A stretch of 64,000 nucleotides of DNA from Methyloceanibacter sp. GTDB lineage: Bacteria > Pseudomonadota > Alphaproteobacteria > Rhizobiales > Methyloligellaceae. Position numbers and translations under genes: made by a program. Positions 44,199 through 52,682 of this stretch are shown piece by piece (the stretch's first letter is position 1; each line of letters begins with the position of its first letter). The stretch is from assembly GCA_049801475.1 (NCBI GenBank), contig JBARKP010000049.1:10265-74264 (forward strand), read 5' to 3'. The notes beneath the pieces are model-generated. The model did no database searches and was not told the origin of the DNA. It saw only the letters and a program-made list of their open reading frames with translations.

Positions 44199-44672
44199 CT
44201 AGTTGCGCCTCGCGACGGCGTCGAGGGCGCGTATTGGCAACAGGCGGCGTAACAGTGCCGCAACATAGGTTGGCATAGTGACGTAGTAGCGGGACTTGGG
44301 CCTGGCCCTTTCCAGCGCCTGAACGAGCTTGGCGGCAACGGCCTCTGGGCCGAGCTTGAAGGTCTGTTTGCCGGCTTCCTCCATGCGGGTGCGATAGATG
44401 TCGCGATGGGGCGAGCGCTCGAGGTCGACATTGCGGCGGTAGGCCTCGAGCGCGTGCTCGACGAAGCGGGTGGCGATAGGGCCCGGCTCGATCAGCACCA
44501 CCTTGATGCCGGTCCCGGTAAGCTCCATCCGGAGCGTATCGGCCAAGGCTTCGTTGTCTTCGGCTTTCCGCGCCGTGGCGAACACTCTCCAACCCCGCGC
44601 CTTCAGGGTCTGCGCGGCTGAGAGCCCGATGCCCGACGAGCAGCCGGTGATGAGAATCGACCGCTCCGTCAT
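44199..44672 (-). pseudogene. SDR-family oxidoreductase with an in-frame internal deletion of the catalytic core
   Basis: 157 aa against ~250-280 expected. The N-terminal ILITGCSSGIGL...RVFATARK joins directly to ...EALADTLRMELTGTGIKVVLIEPGPIATRF. The NNAG, Ser and YxxxK segments are absent. Confidence 0.55.
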
Positions 44673-44691
44673 AGGATCGCAGTTTCAATGG

Positions 44692-45210
44692 CTACTTCTT
44701 GTCCTCGCTGCCGGCCCCGCTCTCGTCGCCGTCTCCGAGGGCCTTCTGCTTGATGCGCTTGAGGCCAGCCATGAAGATATCGCTGATCTTCTTCTTGGCT
44801 TCGTCGTCGCTCGCACCATTGGCATCGAAATTCGCTTCCCAAAAGATCGTCGTACGATCCTCTCCTCTTTCGTCCGGCTCGACCCAGAGCTTCGCCTTGT
44901 AGTTCTTGACGGGCAAGGGACTCTCGATGATCTCGTAGCTGTAGCTCGTGTCATCGGACTCCAAGAGCTTCTCCTTTATCGTGCCGCCGTCCTTCAGCGT
45001 GAGCGTGCGGAAGGTGGCGTCGCCCTCCTTGGTTTCCTGGCAATCGGCAACCAGGGGGTGCCAGGTCTTGATCGAGCAGAAGTCGGAGGCGATCGCCCAG
45101 ATCATCGGCGGCTGCCCCGGAGCGGCTATGTGCTTCTTGACGTCGATCGCATGGGCCGCGCTCGTTCCAATGACGAGTGCCGCCATCGCGGCGAAGGAGA
45201 GTTTCATCAT
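44692..45210 (-). CDS. Secreted SRPBCC (START/polyketide-cyclase-like) family protein
   Basis: Signal peptide MMKLSFAAMAALVIGTSAAHA. The body (WAIASDFCSIKTWHPLV...YSYEIIESPLPVKNY) has the typical SRPBCC pattern, followed by an acidic tail. Confidence 0.65.
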   Translation of the reverse strand: MMKLSFAAMAALVIGTSAAHAIDVKKHIAAPGQPPMIWAIASDFCSIKTWHPLVADCQETKEGDATFRTLTLKDGGTIKEKLLESDDTSYSYEIIESPLPVKNYKAKLWVEPDERGEDRTTIFWEANFDANGASDDEAKKKISDIFMAGLKRIKQKALGDGDESGAGSEDKK

Positions 45211-45264
45211 GCGTATGCGTTTCCTCCACTGTGTAGGCTTGTAGATCTAATATCTTTGTGGCGC

Positions 45265-46950
45265 TCAACCCTCGAGCAGCCGCCTGGCAATCACATGGGC
45301 CTGGATCTCGGCTGCACCCTCGAAGATCGATAGGATGCGGGCGTCGCAGAGCACGCGGCTCACCGGATATTCAAGCGCAAAGCCGTTGCCGCCATGGATC
45401 TGCAGCGCGTTGTCGGCGGCAGCCCAGGCGACCCGCGCGGCAAGCAGCTTGGCCATGCCAGCCTCGAGGTCGCAGCGGCGACCGGCGTCCTTCTCCCGCG
45501 CGGCGAAATAGGTGAGCTGGCGGGCAAGCAGAATCTCCGCCGCCATCATGACGAGCTTGTCGGCCACGCGCGGAAAGCTGACGATCGGCTTGCCGAACTG
45601 GATGCGCTCGGTGCCGTAGCGAAGCCCGAGATCGAGCGCCGACTGGGCGACGCCGATGGCGCGGGCCGCGGTCTGGATGCGCGCGGCCTCGAAGGTCTGC
45701 ATCAGCTGCTTGAAACCCTGGCCCTCGACCCCGCCGAGGAGATTGGCGGCCGGCACGGCGAAGCCGTCGAAGGAGATGTCATATTCCTTCATGCCGCGAT
45801 AGCCGAGCACCTCGATCTCGCCCCCGGTCATGCCTTGTGCCGGGAAAGGATTGCCGTCAGTTCCGCGCGGCTTCGGCGCCAGAAACATGGAAAGGCCGCG
45901 ATAGCCCTTCTCGTTGGGATTGGTGCGCGTGAGCACGGTCATGAGATCGGCGCGGGCGGCGTGGGTGATCCAGGTCTTCTGCCCGGTAATCTTGTAAACG
46001 TCGCCGTCGCGCACCGCCCGCGTGGTGATCGAGGCGAGATCGGAGCCCGTGTTCGGCTCGGTGAACACCGCCGTTGGCAGCACCTCGCCGCTTGCGATTC
46101 TGGGGAGCCATTCCTGCTTCTGCTCGGTCGTGCCGGCATTGAGGATGAGCTCCGCAGCGATCTCCGACCGCGTGCCGAGTGACCCCACTCCGATATAGCC
46201 GCGGCTGAGCTCCTCGGAGACCACGCACATGGCATCCTTGCCGAGCCCGAGGCCGCCATAGTCCTCCGGAATGGTGAGCGCGAACACGCCGAGCGCTGCC
46301 ATCTCCCCGATCAACTCCAACGGCACATATTCGTCCTTGAGATGCCAGCCTTGCGCGTGCGGGATGACTTCCGCCTCGGCGAAGCGGCGCATCTCCTCGC
46401 GCATGGCTTGAAGCGTCTCGTCGAGACCGCAATCGCCAAAGGTCGCGGTACCTTGGGCCCCTCGGATCAGCTCCATGGCGCGCGCGCGAGTGGCGGGCGT
46501 GGTGCTCTGGATCAGAGCCCGAACCTCGGGGGTGAGGAAGCCCGCGTGATCTTTCTCGGCGACGCCAAGCTCATGCAGGCGCACGATTTCTCCCTGGCTC
46601 ATCACCAAGCCACCAAACAGTTGCGAGACAAATTCGGCGGCGCCGATCTGGGCGAGCAGGGCCTCCATCTCGCCGAAGCGGCTCTCCTCCTCCATGCGGT
46701 GTGCATAGTTTGCAATCTGGCGTAGCGCCTCGGCGTAAGTCGCGATCCAGGCAAGCCCGTGGGCCGCGCGCTGCTCGCGCTCGAGCGCGTCAGCATCGAT
46801 CTTGCCGCCCGGCGCGACCCTGGTGGAAACCGCCTCGACCGAACGGTCGCGGAGCATGCTCGCGGCCTCGGCCGCGGCATCTAGGAGAGGAATGAGCTGA
46901 GGAATGCGGCTCGACTCAAGGTCGGCCAAGCTTTCGCCAACGACGATCAC
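45265..46950 (-). CDS. Large acyl-CoA dehydrogenase with ~170-aa N-terminal extension; probable (2S)-methylsuccinyl-CoA dehydrogenase
   Basis: 561 aa. The ACAD core is present (FTEPNTGSDLASI...GYRGM...QIHGGNGFALEYPVSR). The size, the N-terminal extension and the position next to ccr/ecm fit Mcd of the ethylmalonyl-CoA pathway. The substrate is inferred, not shown. Confidence 0.7.
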   Translation of the reverse strand: MIVVGESLADLESSRIPQLIPLLDAAAEAASMLRDRSVEAVSTRVAPGGKIDADALEREQRAAHGLAWIATYAEALRQIANYAHRMEEESRFGEMEALLAQIGAAEFVSQLFGGLVMSQGEIVRLHELGVAEKDHAGFLTPEVRALIQSTTPATRARAMELIRGAQGTATFGDCGLDETLQAMREEMRRFAEAEVIPHAQGWHLKDEYVPLELIGEMAALGVFALTIPEDYGGLGLGKDAMCVVSEELSRGYIGVGSLGTRSEIAAELILNAGTTEQKQEWLPRIASGEVLPTAVFTEPNTGSDLASITTRAVRDGDVYKITGQKTWITHAARADLMTVLTRTNPNEKGYRGLSMFLAPKPRGTDGNPFPAQGMTGGEIEVLGYRGMKEYDISFDGFAVPAANLLGGVEGQGFKQLMQTFEAARIQTAARAIGVAQSALDLGLRYGTERIQFGKPIVSFPRVADKLVMMAAEILLARQLTYFAAREKDAGRRCDLEAGMAKLLAARVAWAAADNALQIHGGNGFALEYPVSRVLCDARILSIFEGAAEIQAHVIARRLLEG

Positions 46951-47071
46951 CGGTCGATATCCTCAAGGTGAAATGGCGTTTCGGGTCCGCGAGGAAAGAA
47001 CCGCGCGCAAGCACCAAAGTCAAATCAGAATCGCAAAGGCAAAGGCCACCCGAGTGAGCCGACTGCCTCGT

Positions 47072-48373
47072 CTAGCCGCCGTGCATTTGCCGGCTCGCCT
47101 CGATCACGTCCTCGAAGGTGCGAAGTCCGGTGCACGGCGCGCTGACCAGCACGGCCATGTTGCCCGGCCGGTGTTGGTTGTTCCACATCCGCATATGCGC
47201 TTTCGGGATCTGCTCCCAGGGGAACACTTCGCTCATGCATGGGTCGATGCGCCGCTCGATGACAAGCTTGTTGGCTTGGCTTGCCTGCAGGAGATGCGCG
47301 AAATGGGAGCCCTGGATGCGCTTCTGGTGCATCCACACATAGCGGGCATCCATGGTGAGGTTGTAGCCGGTCGTGCCGGCGCAAAATACGACCATGCCGC
47401 CGCGCTTCACCACGAAGCAGGAGACCGGGAAGGTCGCTTCGCCCGGATGCTCGAACACGCAATCGACGTTGACGCCCTTGCCGGTAACCTCCCAGATCGC
47501 CTTGCCGAAGTTGCGTACCTCTTTCGCCCAGGCGTCATATTCGGGCGTGCCGACCTTCGGCATCTGCCCCCAACATTTGAAGTTGTTGCGGTTGATCACG
47601 CCCTTGGCGCCGAGCGCCATGACGAAGTCGCGCTTATCGTCGTCGGAGACGATGCCGATCGCGTTCGCGCCCGCGGTGGCGCAAAGCTGCACCGCCATGG
47701 AGCCGAGACCGCCTGAGGCACCCCAGACGAGCACGTTGTGGCCCGGCTTCAACGTGTGTGGCCGGTGGCCGAACAGCATGCGGAAGGAGGTGGCAAGCGT
47801 GAGCGTGTAGCAGGCGGCCTCCTCCCAAGTGAGATGCTTCGGCCGCTCCAAGAGCTGCCGATCCTGCACGCGGGCGAACTGGGCGAAGGAGCCGTCGGGC
47901 GTCTCGTAACCCCAAATGCGCTGCGAAGGCGAGAACATCGGGTCGCCGCCGTTACATTCCTCGTCGTCGCCGTCATCCTGATTGCAGTGGACCACGACCT
48001 CGTCGCCGACCTTCCAGCGCTTCACCTTGGAGCCCACGGCCCAGACGATGCCGGACGCGTCGGAGCCCGCGATGTGATAGGGATTTTTGTGCACGTCGAG
48101 CGTTGACATCGGCTGACCGAGCGCCGCCCACACGCCGTTGTAATTGACGCCGGCGGCCATCACCAGCACGAGCACCTCATGCGAATCGAGCGGCCAGGTC
48201 GGCACGACCTCGACCTGCATGGCCGCATCGGGCGGCCCATGCCGATCCTTGCGAATGACCCAGGCATACATGCTCGCCGGAACATGACCGAGCGGAGGAA
48301 TCTCGCCGATCTGGTATAGGTCTTTCGGCATGCCCAGCTGTGGAGACACTGCTGCCAATGACATCTCGTTCAT
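47072..48373 (-). CDS. ccr: Crotonyl-CoA carboxylase/reductase
   Basis: KDLYQIGEIPPLGHVPASMYAWVIRKDRHG...VLVLVMAAGVNYNGVWAALG...VLVWGASGGLGS. ATG at 48373 with GGGGGA upstream. Confidence 0.9.
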   Translation of the reverse strand: MNEMSLAAVSPQLGMPKDLYQIGEIPPLGHVPASMYAWVIRKDRHGPPDAAMQVEVVPTWPLDSHEVLVLVMAAGVNYNGVWAALGQPMSTLDVHKNPYHIAGSDASGIVWAVGSKVKRWKVGDEVVVHCNQDDGDDEECNGGDPMFSPSQRIWGYETPDGSFAQFARVQDRQLLERPKHLTWEEAACYTLTLATSFRMLFGHRPHTLKPGHNVLVWGASGGLGSMAVQLCATAGANAIGIVSDDDKRDFVMALGAKGVINRNNFKCWGQMPKVGTPEYDAWAKEVRNFGKAIWEVTGKGVNVDCVFEHPGEATFPVSCFVVKRGGMVVFCAGTTGYNLTMDARYVWMHQKRIQGSHFAHLLQASQANKLVIERRIDPCMSEVFPWEQIPKAHMRMWNNQHRPGNMAVLVSAPCTGLRTFEDVIEASRQMHGG

Positions 48374-48832
48374 CCGTTTCGTCCCCCAAGTCCACTCGCC
48401 CGGCCGCTTTTGCACTGCGGCAATTGTGGGCGATCCATCTCGCGACCGCAACATCTTTGCATGGGGCAGGTTAAACACGCCAAAGCTTTGAATAGTGGAA
48501 AATGTTGGAGCCTGAACCGGCCCTGACGCATGACCCTGCCCGCCGAGGCAGGAGCGTTAGCAAAAACGATGCCGCCTGCCCAGGACCAAAAAGCGAAGTC
48601 CCCACCCGTTGCCGGAACCATGGACGGGGCTGGACGTCGATCCCTTGCTGTCTTGCAAAGGGGGTGTTTTCCGGGCGCCGCCTTTAGATTTACGGCTCTC
48701 TTAACGTCTGGCATGTCACTCAGTCCCCGCTCGCGGCAGCGCCGCGGACCCTTGCGCAAGAGCGGGCTTCCCGTTGCCCTGAAGCGCCCGGCGTGCTTCG
48801 ATGCTCTAAGCCAACGGACTGGTCGACAAGCC

Positions 48833-50866
48833 ATGAGCGGAAAGTCAAACCGGGACAAGCCCTGGATGTTCCGCACCTATGCGGGACATTCGACGGCGAA
48901 GGCCTCGAACGAACTGTACCGACGGAATCTGGCCAAGGGCCAGACCGGGCTCTCAGTCGCCTTCGACCTGCCGACGCAGACAGGCTATGACCCGGACCAC
49001 ATTCTCGCCCGGGGCGAGGTCGGTAAGGTCGGGGTGCCGATCTCGCATCTCGGCGACATGCGCGCGCTGTTTCAGGGCATCCCGCTCGCCGAGATGAACA
49101 CCTCGATGACGATCAATGCCACGGCCGCTTGGCTGCTTGCGCTCTATATCGCGCTCGCCGACGAGCAGGGGGCGGACCGTGCGAAGCTTACCGGCACGGT
49201 GCAGAACGACATCCTCAAGGAATATCTGTCGCGCGGCACCTATGTCTTTCCGCCGGCGCCCTCGCTCAGGCTGATCAAGGACGTGATCGTCTACACCTCT
49301 CGCGAGATGCCGAAATGGAACCCGACCAATGTCTGCTCCTATCATCTGCAGGAGGCGGGAGCGACACCGACGCAGGAGCTAGCCTTCGCCCTTGCCACCG
49401 CCGAGGCGGTCCTCGACGAGGTCAAGAACTCCGGCGAAGTGTCGGAGGAAGAGTTCCCGCATCTGCTCGGCCGCGTCAGCTTCTTCGTCAATGCTGGCGT
49501 TCGCTTCATCACCGAAGTCTGCAAGATGCGCGCCTTCGTCGATTTGTGGGACGAGATCGCGGAACACCGCTATGGGGTAACCGATCCCGCGCTTCGGCGC
49601 TTCCGCTACGGCGTGCAGGTCAATTCGCTGGGGCTTACCGAGCAGCAGCCGGAGAACAACGTCTACCGCATTCTACTCTCCATGCTCGCGGTGACGCTGT
49701 CGAAGAAGGCCCGCGCCCGCGCCGTGCAGCTCCCGGCCTGGAACGAGGCGCTTGGTCTGCCGCGGCCATGGGATCAGCAATGGTCGCTGAGGCTCCAGCA
49801 GATCGTGGCCTTGGAGACCGACCTGCTCGACTATGGCGACATCTTCGACGGTTCCGAGGTCATCGAGCGAAAAGTGGAGGAGCTGAAGGCGGAAGCCCGC
49901 GCCGAGCTTGTCCGCATCGAGGCGCTGGGCGGGGCTGTGGCGGCCATCGACTATATGAAGGAAACGCTGGTCGCAGCGAACGCCGCCCGCGTCGAGGCAA
50001 TCGAGAAGGGCGAGCAGGTGGTGGTCGGTGTCAACGCCTACACCGAGACGGAGCCCTCGCCGCTTGCGGCAAGCGGGGACGGCATCCTCACTGTCCCCGA
50101 GACCGTCGAGATCGAGGAAATCGCGGCGCTGCAGGCCTGGCGGCAGCGACGCGAAGATAAAGCCGTGCGGCAGGCGCTCATCGAACTCAAGGCGGCGGCG
50201 TCCGAGGGCCGCAACATCATGGAGCCGTCGATCACGGCCGCCAAGGCGGGCGCGACCACCGGCGAATGGGGTCAGGTCTTGCGCGAGGTGTTCGGCGAAT
50301 ACCGCGCGCCGACCGGCATCGGCGCCAAACACAAGACCGACGCAGCAAGACTGGAAGAGGTGCGCCGGCTCGTCGACGAAGTGTCGGAGAAGCTTAGCCG
50401 CAGGCTCACCTTCGTCGTCGGCAAGCCGGGGCTCGACGGACACTCGAACGGCGCCGAGCAGATCGCCGTGCGCGCCACGGATTGCGGCATGGAGGTGGTC
50501 TATGACGGCATCCGGCGGACGCCTGCCCAGATCGTCGACCAGGCGCGCGAGTCGAAGGCGCACGTGCTCGGTCTCTCGATCCTGTCCGGGTCCCACGTAG
50601 CGCTTGTGCGCGACGTCGCGCAGCGCATGCGCGAGGCTGGGCTCGGCAACGTTCCGATCGTGGTCGGCGGCATCATCCCGGCCGACGATGTGAACGTCTT
50701 GAAGCAGTGCGGCGCTTCGGCCATCTACACGCCGAAGGACTTCCAGCTCAACGACATCATGGTCGGCATCGTGAAGCTCGTGGACCGCAAGGCGGCCGAG
50801 CTGAAGGAGCAAGAGCTGGCGGAGCTTCGCGTTCCGGTGTTTGCCCGCGAGCGCGTCTCTTCGTGA
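48833..50866 (+). CDS. ecm: Ethylmalonyl-CoA mutase (B12-dependent)
   Basis: MSGKSNRDKPWMFRTYAGHSTAKASNELYRRNLAKGQTGLSVAFDLPTQTGYD...C-terminal B12-binding domain (GKPGLDGHSNGAEQI). Divergent from ccr. The upstream ~100 codons of the track ORF are not homologous. Confidence 0.88.
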   Translation: MSGKSNRDKPWMFRTYAGHSTAKASNELYRRNLAKGQTGLSVAFDLPTQTGYDPDHILARGEVGKVGVPISHLGDMRALFQGIPLAEMNTSMTINATAAWLLALYIALADEQGADRAKLTGTVQNDILKEYLSRGTYVFPPAPSLRLIKDVIVYTSREMPKWNPTNVCSYHLQEAGATPTQELAFALATAEAVLDEVKNSGEVSEEEFPHLLGRVSFFVNAGVRFITEVCKMRAFVDLWDEIAEHRYGVTDPALRRFRYGVQVNSLGLTEQQPENNVYRILLSMLAVTLSKKARARAVQLPAWNEALGLPRPWDQQWSLRLQQIVALETDLLDYGDIFDGSEVIERKVEELKAEARAELVRIEALGGAVAAIDYMKETLVAANAARVEAIEKGEQVVVGVNAYTETEPSPLAASGDGILTVPETVEIEEIAALQAWRQRREDKAVRQALIELKAAASEGRNIMEPSITAAKAGATTGEWGQVLREVFGEYRAPTGIGAKHKTDAARLEEVRRLVDEVSEKLSRRLTFVVGKPGLDGHSNGAEQIAVRATDCGMEVVYDGIRRTPAQIVDQARESKAHVLGLSILSGSHVALVRDVAQRMREAGLGNVPIVVGGIIPADDVNVLKQCGASAIYTPKDFQLNDIMVGIVKLVDRKAAELKEQELAELRVPVFARERVSS

Positions 50867-51231
50867 GCCTGCTCACGCGGTTAGCACCACTCACCGTCGC
50901 GGCCTTTGCCCTTGTTCCACTTCCCGCCCAGGCGGGTGACCCAGCAACTGGCTGCGCCTCAGGCATCGTCACCTCCGGCAGCGAGAGCGTCGTGGTGGAG
51001 GGCCATGGGGCGGCACGGGCCGGGGATACGGCCGGTTGCGGCGGCGCCGGTAGCACCGGCGGTACCATCGTCCAGGGCTCGCCCGATGTGTTCATCAACG
51101 GCAAGCCGGCCGCCGTTCAGGGGGCTGCGACGGGGTGCGGCGGCAGCATCGCCTCAGGCGCCTCAGGCGTGTTCATCAACGGCAAGCCCATGGCGCGCAT
51201 CGGCGATGCGGCCGGTTGCCCGGAGAAGTAG
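50863..51231 (+). CDS. PAAR-like repeat protein with an N-terminal Sec-type signal peptide
   Basis: The GTG at 50863 overlaps the ecm stop (GTGA). VSLLTRLAPLTVAAFALVPLPAQA is followed by three PAAR-like units (VVEGHGAARAGD, INGKPAAVQG, INGKPMARIGD) with flanking Cys residues. Confidence 0.6.
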   Translation: MSLLTRLAPLTVAAFALVPLPAQAGDPATGCASGIVTSGSESVVVEGHGAARAGDTAGCGGAGSTGGTIVQGSPDVFINGKPAAVQGAATGCGGSIASGASGVFINGKPMARIGDAAGCPEK

Positions 51232-51276
51232 GTCTCTCCTGCTATATCAATCAGTTAGAGAAAATTGGTAACGCGC

Positions 51277-51327
51277 AGGTAACGCCTTAACGCACCAGCC
51301 TTACCCCCGGCCGCTTGCCGTTAGTGA
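51277..51327. repeat. Imperfect direct repeat, copy 1 (candidate att-type junction)
   Basis: AGGTAACGCCTTAACGCACCAGCCTTACCCCCGGCCGCTTGCCGTTAGTGA. About 85% identical to 52420-52471. Confidence 0.6.
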
Positions 51328-51428
51328 ATTCCACGCCGGGCAGCTTCGAGGCCGTTGCGTCGGGACGTGAAGCTCGCCCAGGAGCTTCGCCAAGCCTTGA
51401 GCGAATTAGCAGATGGGTAGCGGGCCAG

Positions 51429-51466
51429 AGAAAAAAGCCCCGGTCGAATGGACGTACGACCGAGGC
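51429..51466 (-). terminator. Rho-independent terminator (minus strand) with no obvious upstream gene
   Basis: The minus strand reads GCCTCGGTCG-TACGTCCATT-CGACCGGGGC, a 10-bp stem with one G-U pair, followed by TTTTTTCT. Confidence 0.6.
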
Positions 51467-51525
51467 TTGCAGGGTAAGGAAAGAAGCAAACTATCCATCC
51501 TTTGTTACAGAAACATCACAACAAA

Positions 51526-51828
51526 ATGACACCCTACCGGAGAAGGCCTGACGACGCACTGGCCCGCGCGTTTAAGACGCTGAGACCGCCGCCGTTAGTC
51601 CCGCTCAGTGAATGGCTTGAGGCGAACCCAGGAGGGCTGCGGGCATGGCCAAGAAAACGAAAACCGCGATCTATCACCCACCAAAACCAGGTGCCCTATT
51701 TGGTGGTGACGGTCTCGCCAGAAGGCGTAACCGCCACGGCCGTCGAGTCAAAACACGAGGCTAGGGTCCTCGCCTCTAAAAGGACGCTGAAGGTCCTAGT
51801 TCAGGAGGCAACGGGTGAAAAACGCTGA
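51526..51828 (+). pseudogene. Possible remnant of a lambda GpA-type terminase large subunit N-terminus
   Basis: ALARAFKTLRPPPLVPLSEWLEAN resembles the GpA-family N-terminal 'LRPP..L.vSEWAe' block. The similarity ends after ~30 aa. Confidence 0.3.
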
Positions 51829-51958
51829 ATGGAAGGGGCGTCGGCTTCGGTCCGCGCTCCCTGTCGATTTAGTCTTCGCGTATCTGAAGTGTCACAGTCC
51901 CCCTGGGAGAAACCTTTATGATCGTATCCAGAATCGACAGCGAACGGGGGACTGATCC

Positions 51959-52060
51959 ATGCGTGTCTTTATAGCTTGCGCCATCATCATCACGGCTGCG
52001 GTTGGACTTGGGGGCTGCTTTCACCACGAACAGGCCGTAGCCTCGCAGCCGCTCAAATAA
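51959..52060 (+). CDS. Small (33 aa) putative lipoprotein
   Basis: MRVFIACAIIITAAVGLGGCFHHEQAVASQPLK* with the lipobox LGGC. GGGGGA lies 8 nt upstream of the ATG. Below the ORF-track cutoff. Confidence 0.4.
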   Translation: MRVFIACAIIITAAVGLGGCFHHEQAVASQPLK

Positions 52061-52177
52061 TTTGGGCGGCCGCCGATTGGCATGATCGAACCGACTACGA
52101 GCTAGCGCTTACCCTGTAACTCTCCTGCAAGTGCCAGCCTCGGTCGAGCATCCCTCGGCCGGGGCTTCTTCTCGTCT

Positions 52178-52348
52178 CTAGCTGATGCGCACCTGAGGGG
52201 CGTCGGCTTCTTGAGGACTTGATCGCGGTTCATTGGTGGAGCTATCTCTGTGAACCTCGGCGAATGCGCCGAGCCCTAAACTTATTGCCAGAAACGTGGC
52301 GATTGCGATGACGGTAACTGTCACCAAAGTGAGGGCGATCATGGTCAT
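52178..52348 (-). CDS. Small (56 aa) single-pass membrane protein
   Basis: MTMIALTLVTVTVIAIATFLAISLGLGAFAEVHRDSSTNEPRSSPQEADAPQVRIS*. Below the ORF-track cutoff. Confidence 0.3.
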   Translation of the reverse strand: MTMIALTLVTVTVIAIATFLAISLGLGAFAEVHRDSSTNEPRSSPQEADAPQVRIS

Positions 52349-52419
52349 GTCTCATCGCCTTGTAGCTGGTGCAACAGCCAACTCAGATCGACCTCGGCAA
52401 TTTTGATCCAATAACGGAT

Positions 52420-52471
52420 AGGTAACATCCTAGCGCACTAGCCTCACCCCTGGCCGCTTGCCCGTTGGTGA
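52420..52471. repeat. Imperfect direct repeat, copy 2
   Basis: AGGTAACATCCTAGCGCACTAGCCTCACCCCTGGCCGCTTGCCCGTTGGTGA. A 13-nt partial third copy (CTTGCCGTTGGTG) lies at 52692-52704. Confidence 0.6.
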
Positions 52472-52487
52472 GAGGGCGACCAGTGTC

Positions 52488-52682
52488 CTATGGCCTTTTC
52501 TTGTCCCTGGGAGCGATCTCTTCTGAGAGCCTGAGTATCGTTTTCTCGCTGTCGCCCAAGATGACGATCTCGTCGTTGCCGGTCTTGAGCTTGAGCCGCT
52601 GTTGCCAAGAGCGTATGGGCGTGAGCGGTGTCAGTCCGTCATTGTTATCATCACCGTTGTCTGAAATGAAGATTCTCTGCAT
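52488..52682 (-). pseudogene. Possible N-terminal fragment of a right-handed beta-helix (tailspike/depolymerase-like) protein
   Basis: MQRIFISDNGDDNNDGLTPLTPIRSW resembles the usual start of parallel-beta-helix proteins (V.p.GsD.NdGls..P..t). The ORF stops after 64 aa. Confidence 0.3.

Noticed and set aside
48530-48832. N-terminal extensions of track ORFs: ecm from 48530, secA from 14573, ccr from 48478, cobT from 28960, rpmB from 32482, etfB from 42351, hbd from 40592 and lysC from 4438.
   Set aside because: Homology-typical N-termini begin at internal start codons, several with good SD sequences or ATGA/GTGA coupling. The upstream codons are non-homologous intergenic read-through.
48374-48832. 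Cobalamin riboswitch in the long ccr-ecm intergenic region, considered because Ecm is B12-dependent.
   Set aside because: I could not find a B12-box-like core or the expected multi-stem arrangement by eye. A covariance-model scan (Rfam RF00174) would be needed, and I make no claim.
50863-51231. Inferring a type VI secretion system from the PAAR-like gene.
   Set aside because: No Hcp, VgrG, TssB/C, ClpV or other T6SS genes occur in the window, and the protein has a Sec signal peptide. Only the domain resemblance is reported.
51092-51327. Possible relationship between the island-edge repeat (minus strand TCACTAACGGCAAGCGGCCGG) and the PAAR gene's INGKP-coding stretch (TCATCAACGGCAAGCCGGCCG, 51092-51112, and again near 51175).
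   Set aside because: Only 16 of 21 positions match, with a 10-nt exact core. The putative peptide similarity does not hold up on alignment. This is too short to separate from chance in GC-rich DNA.
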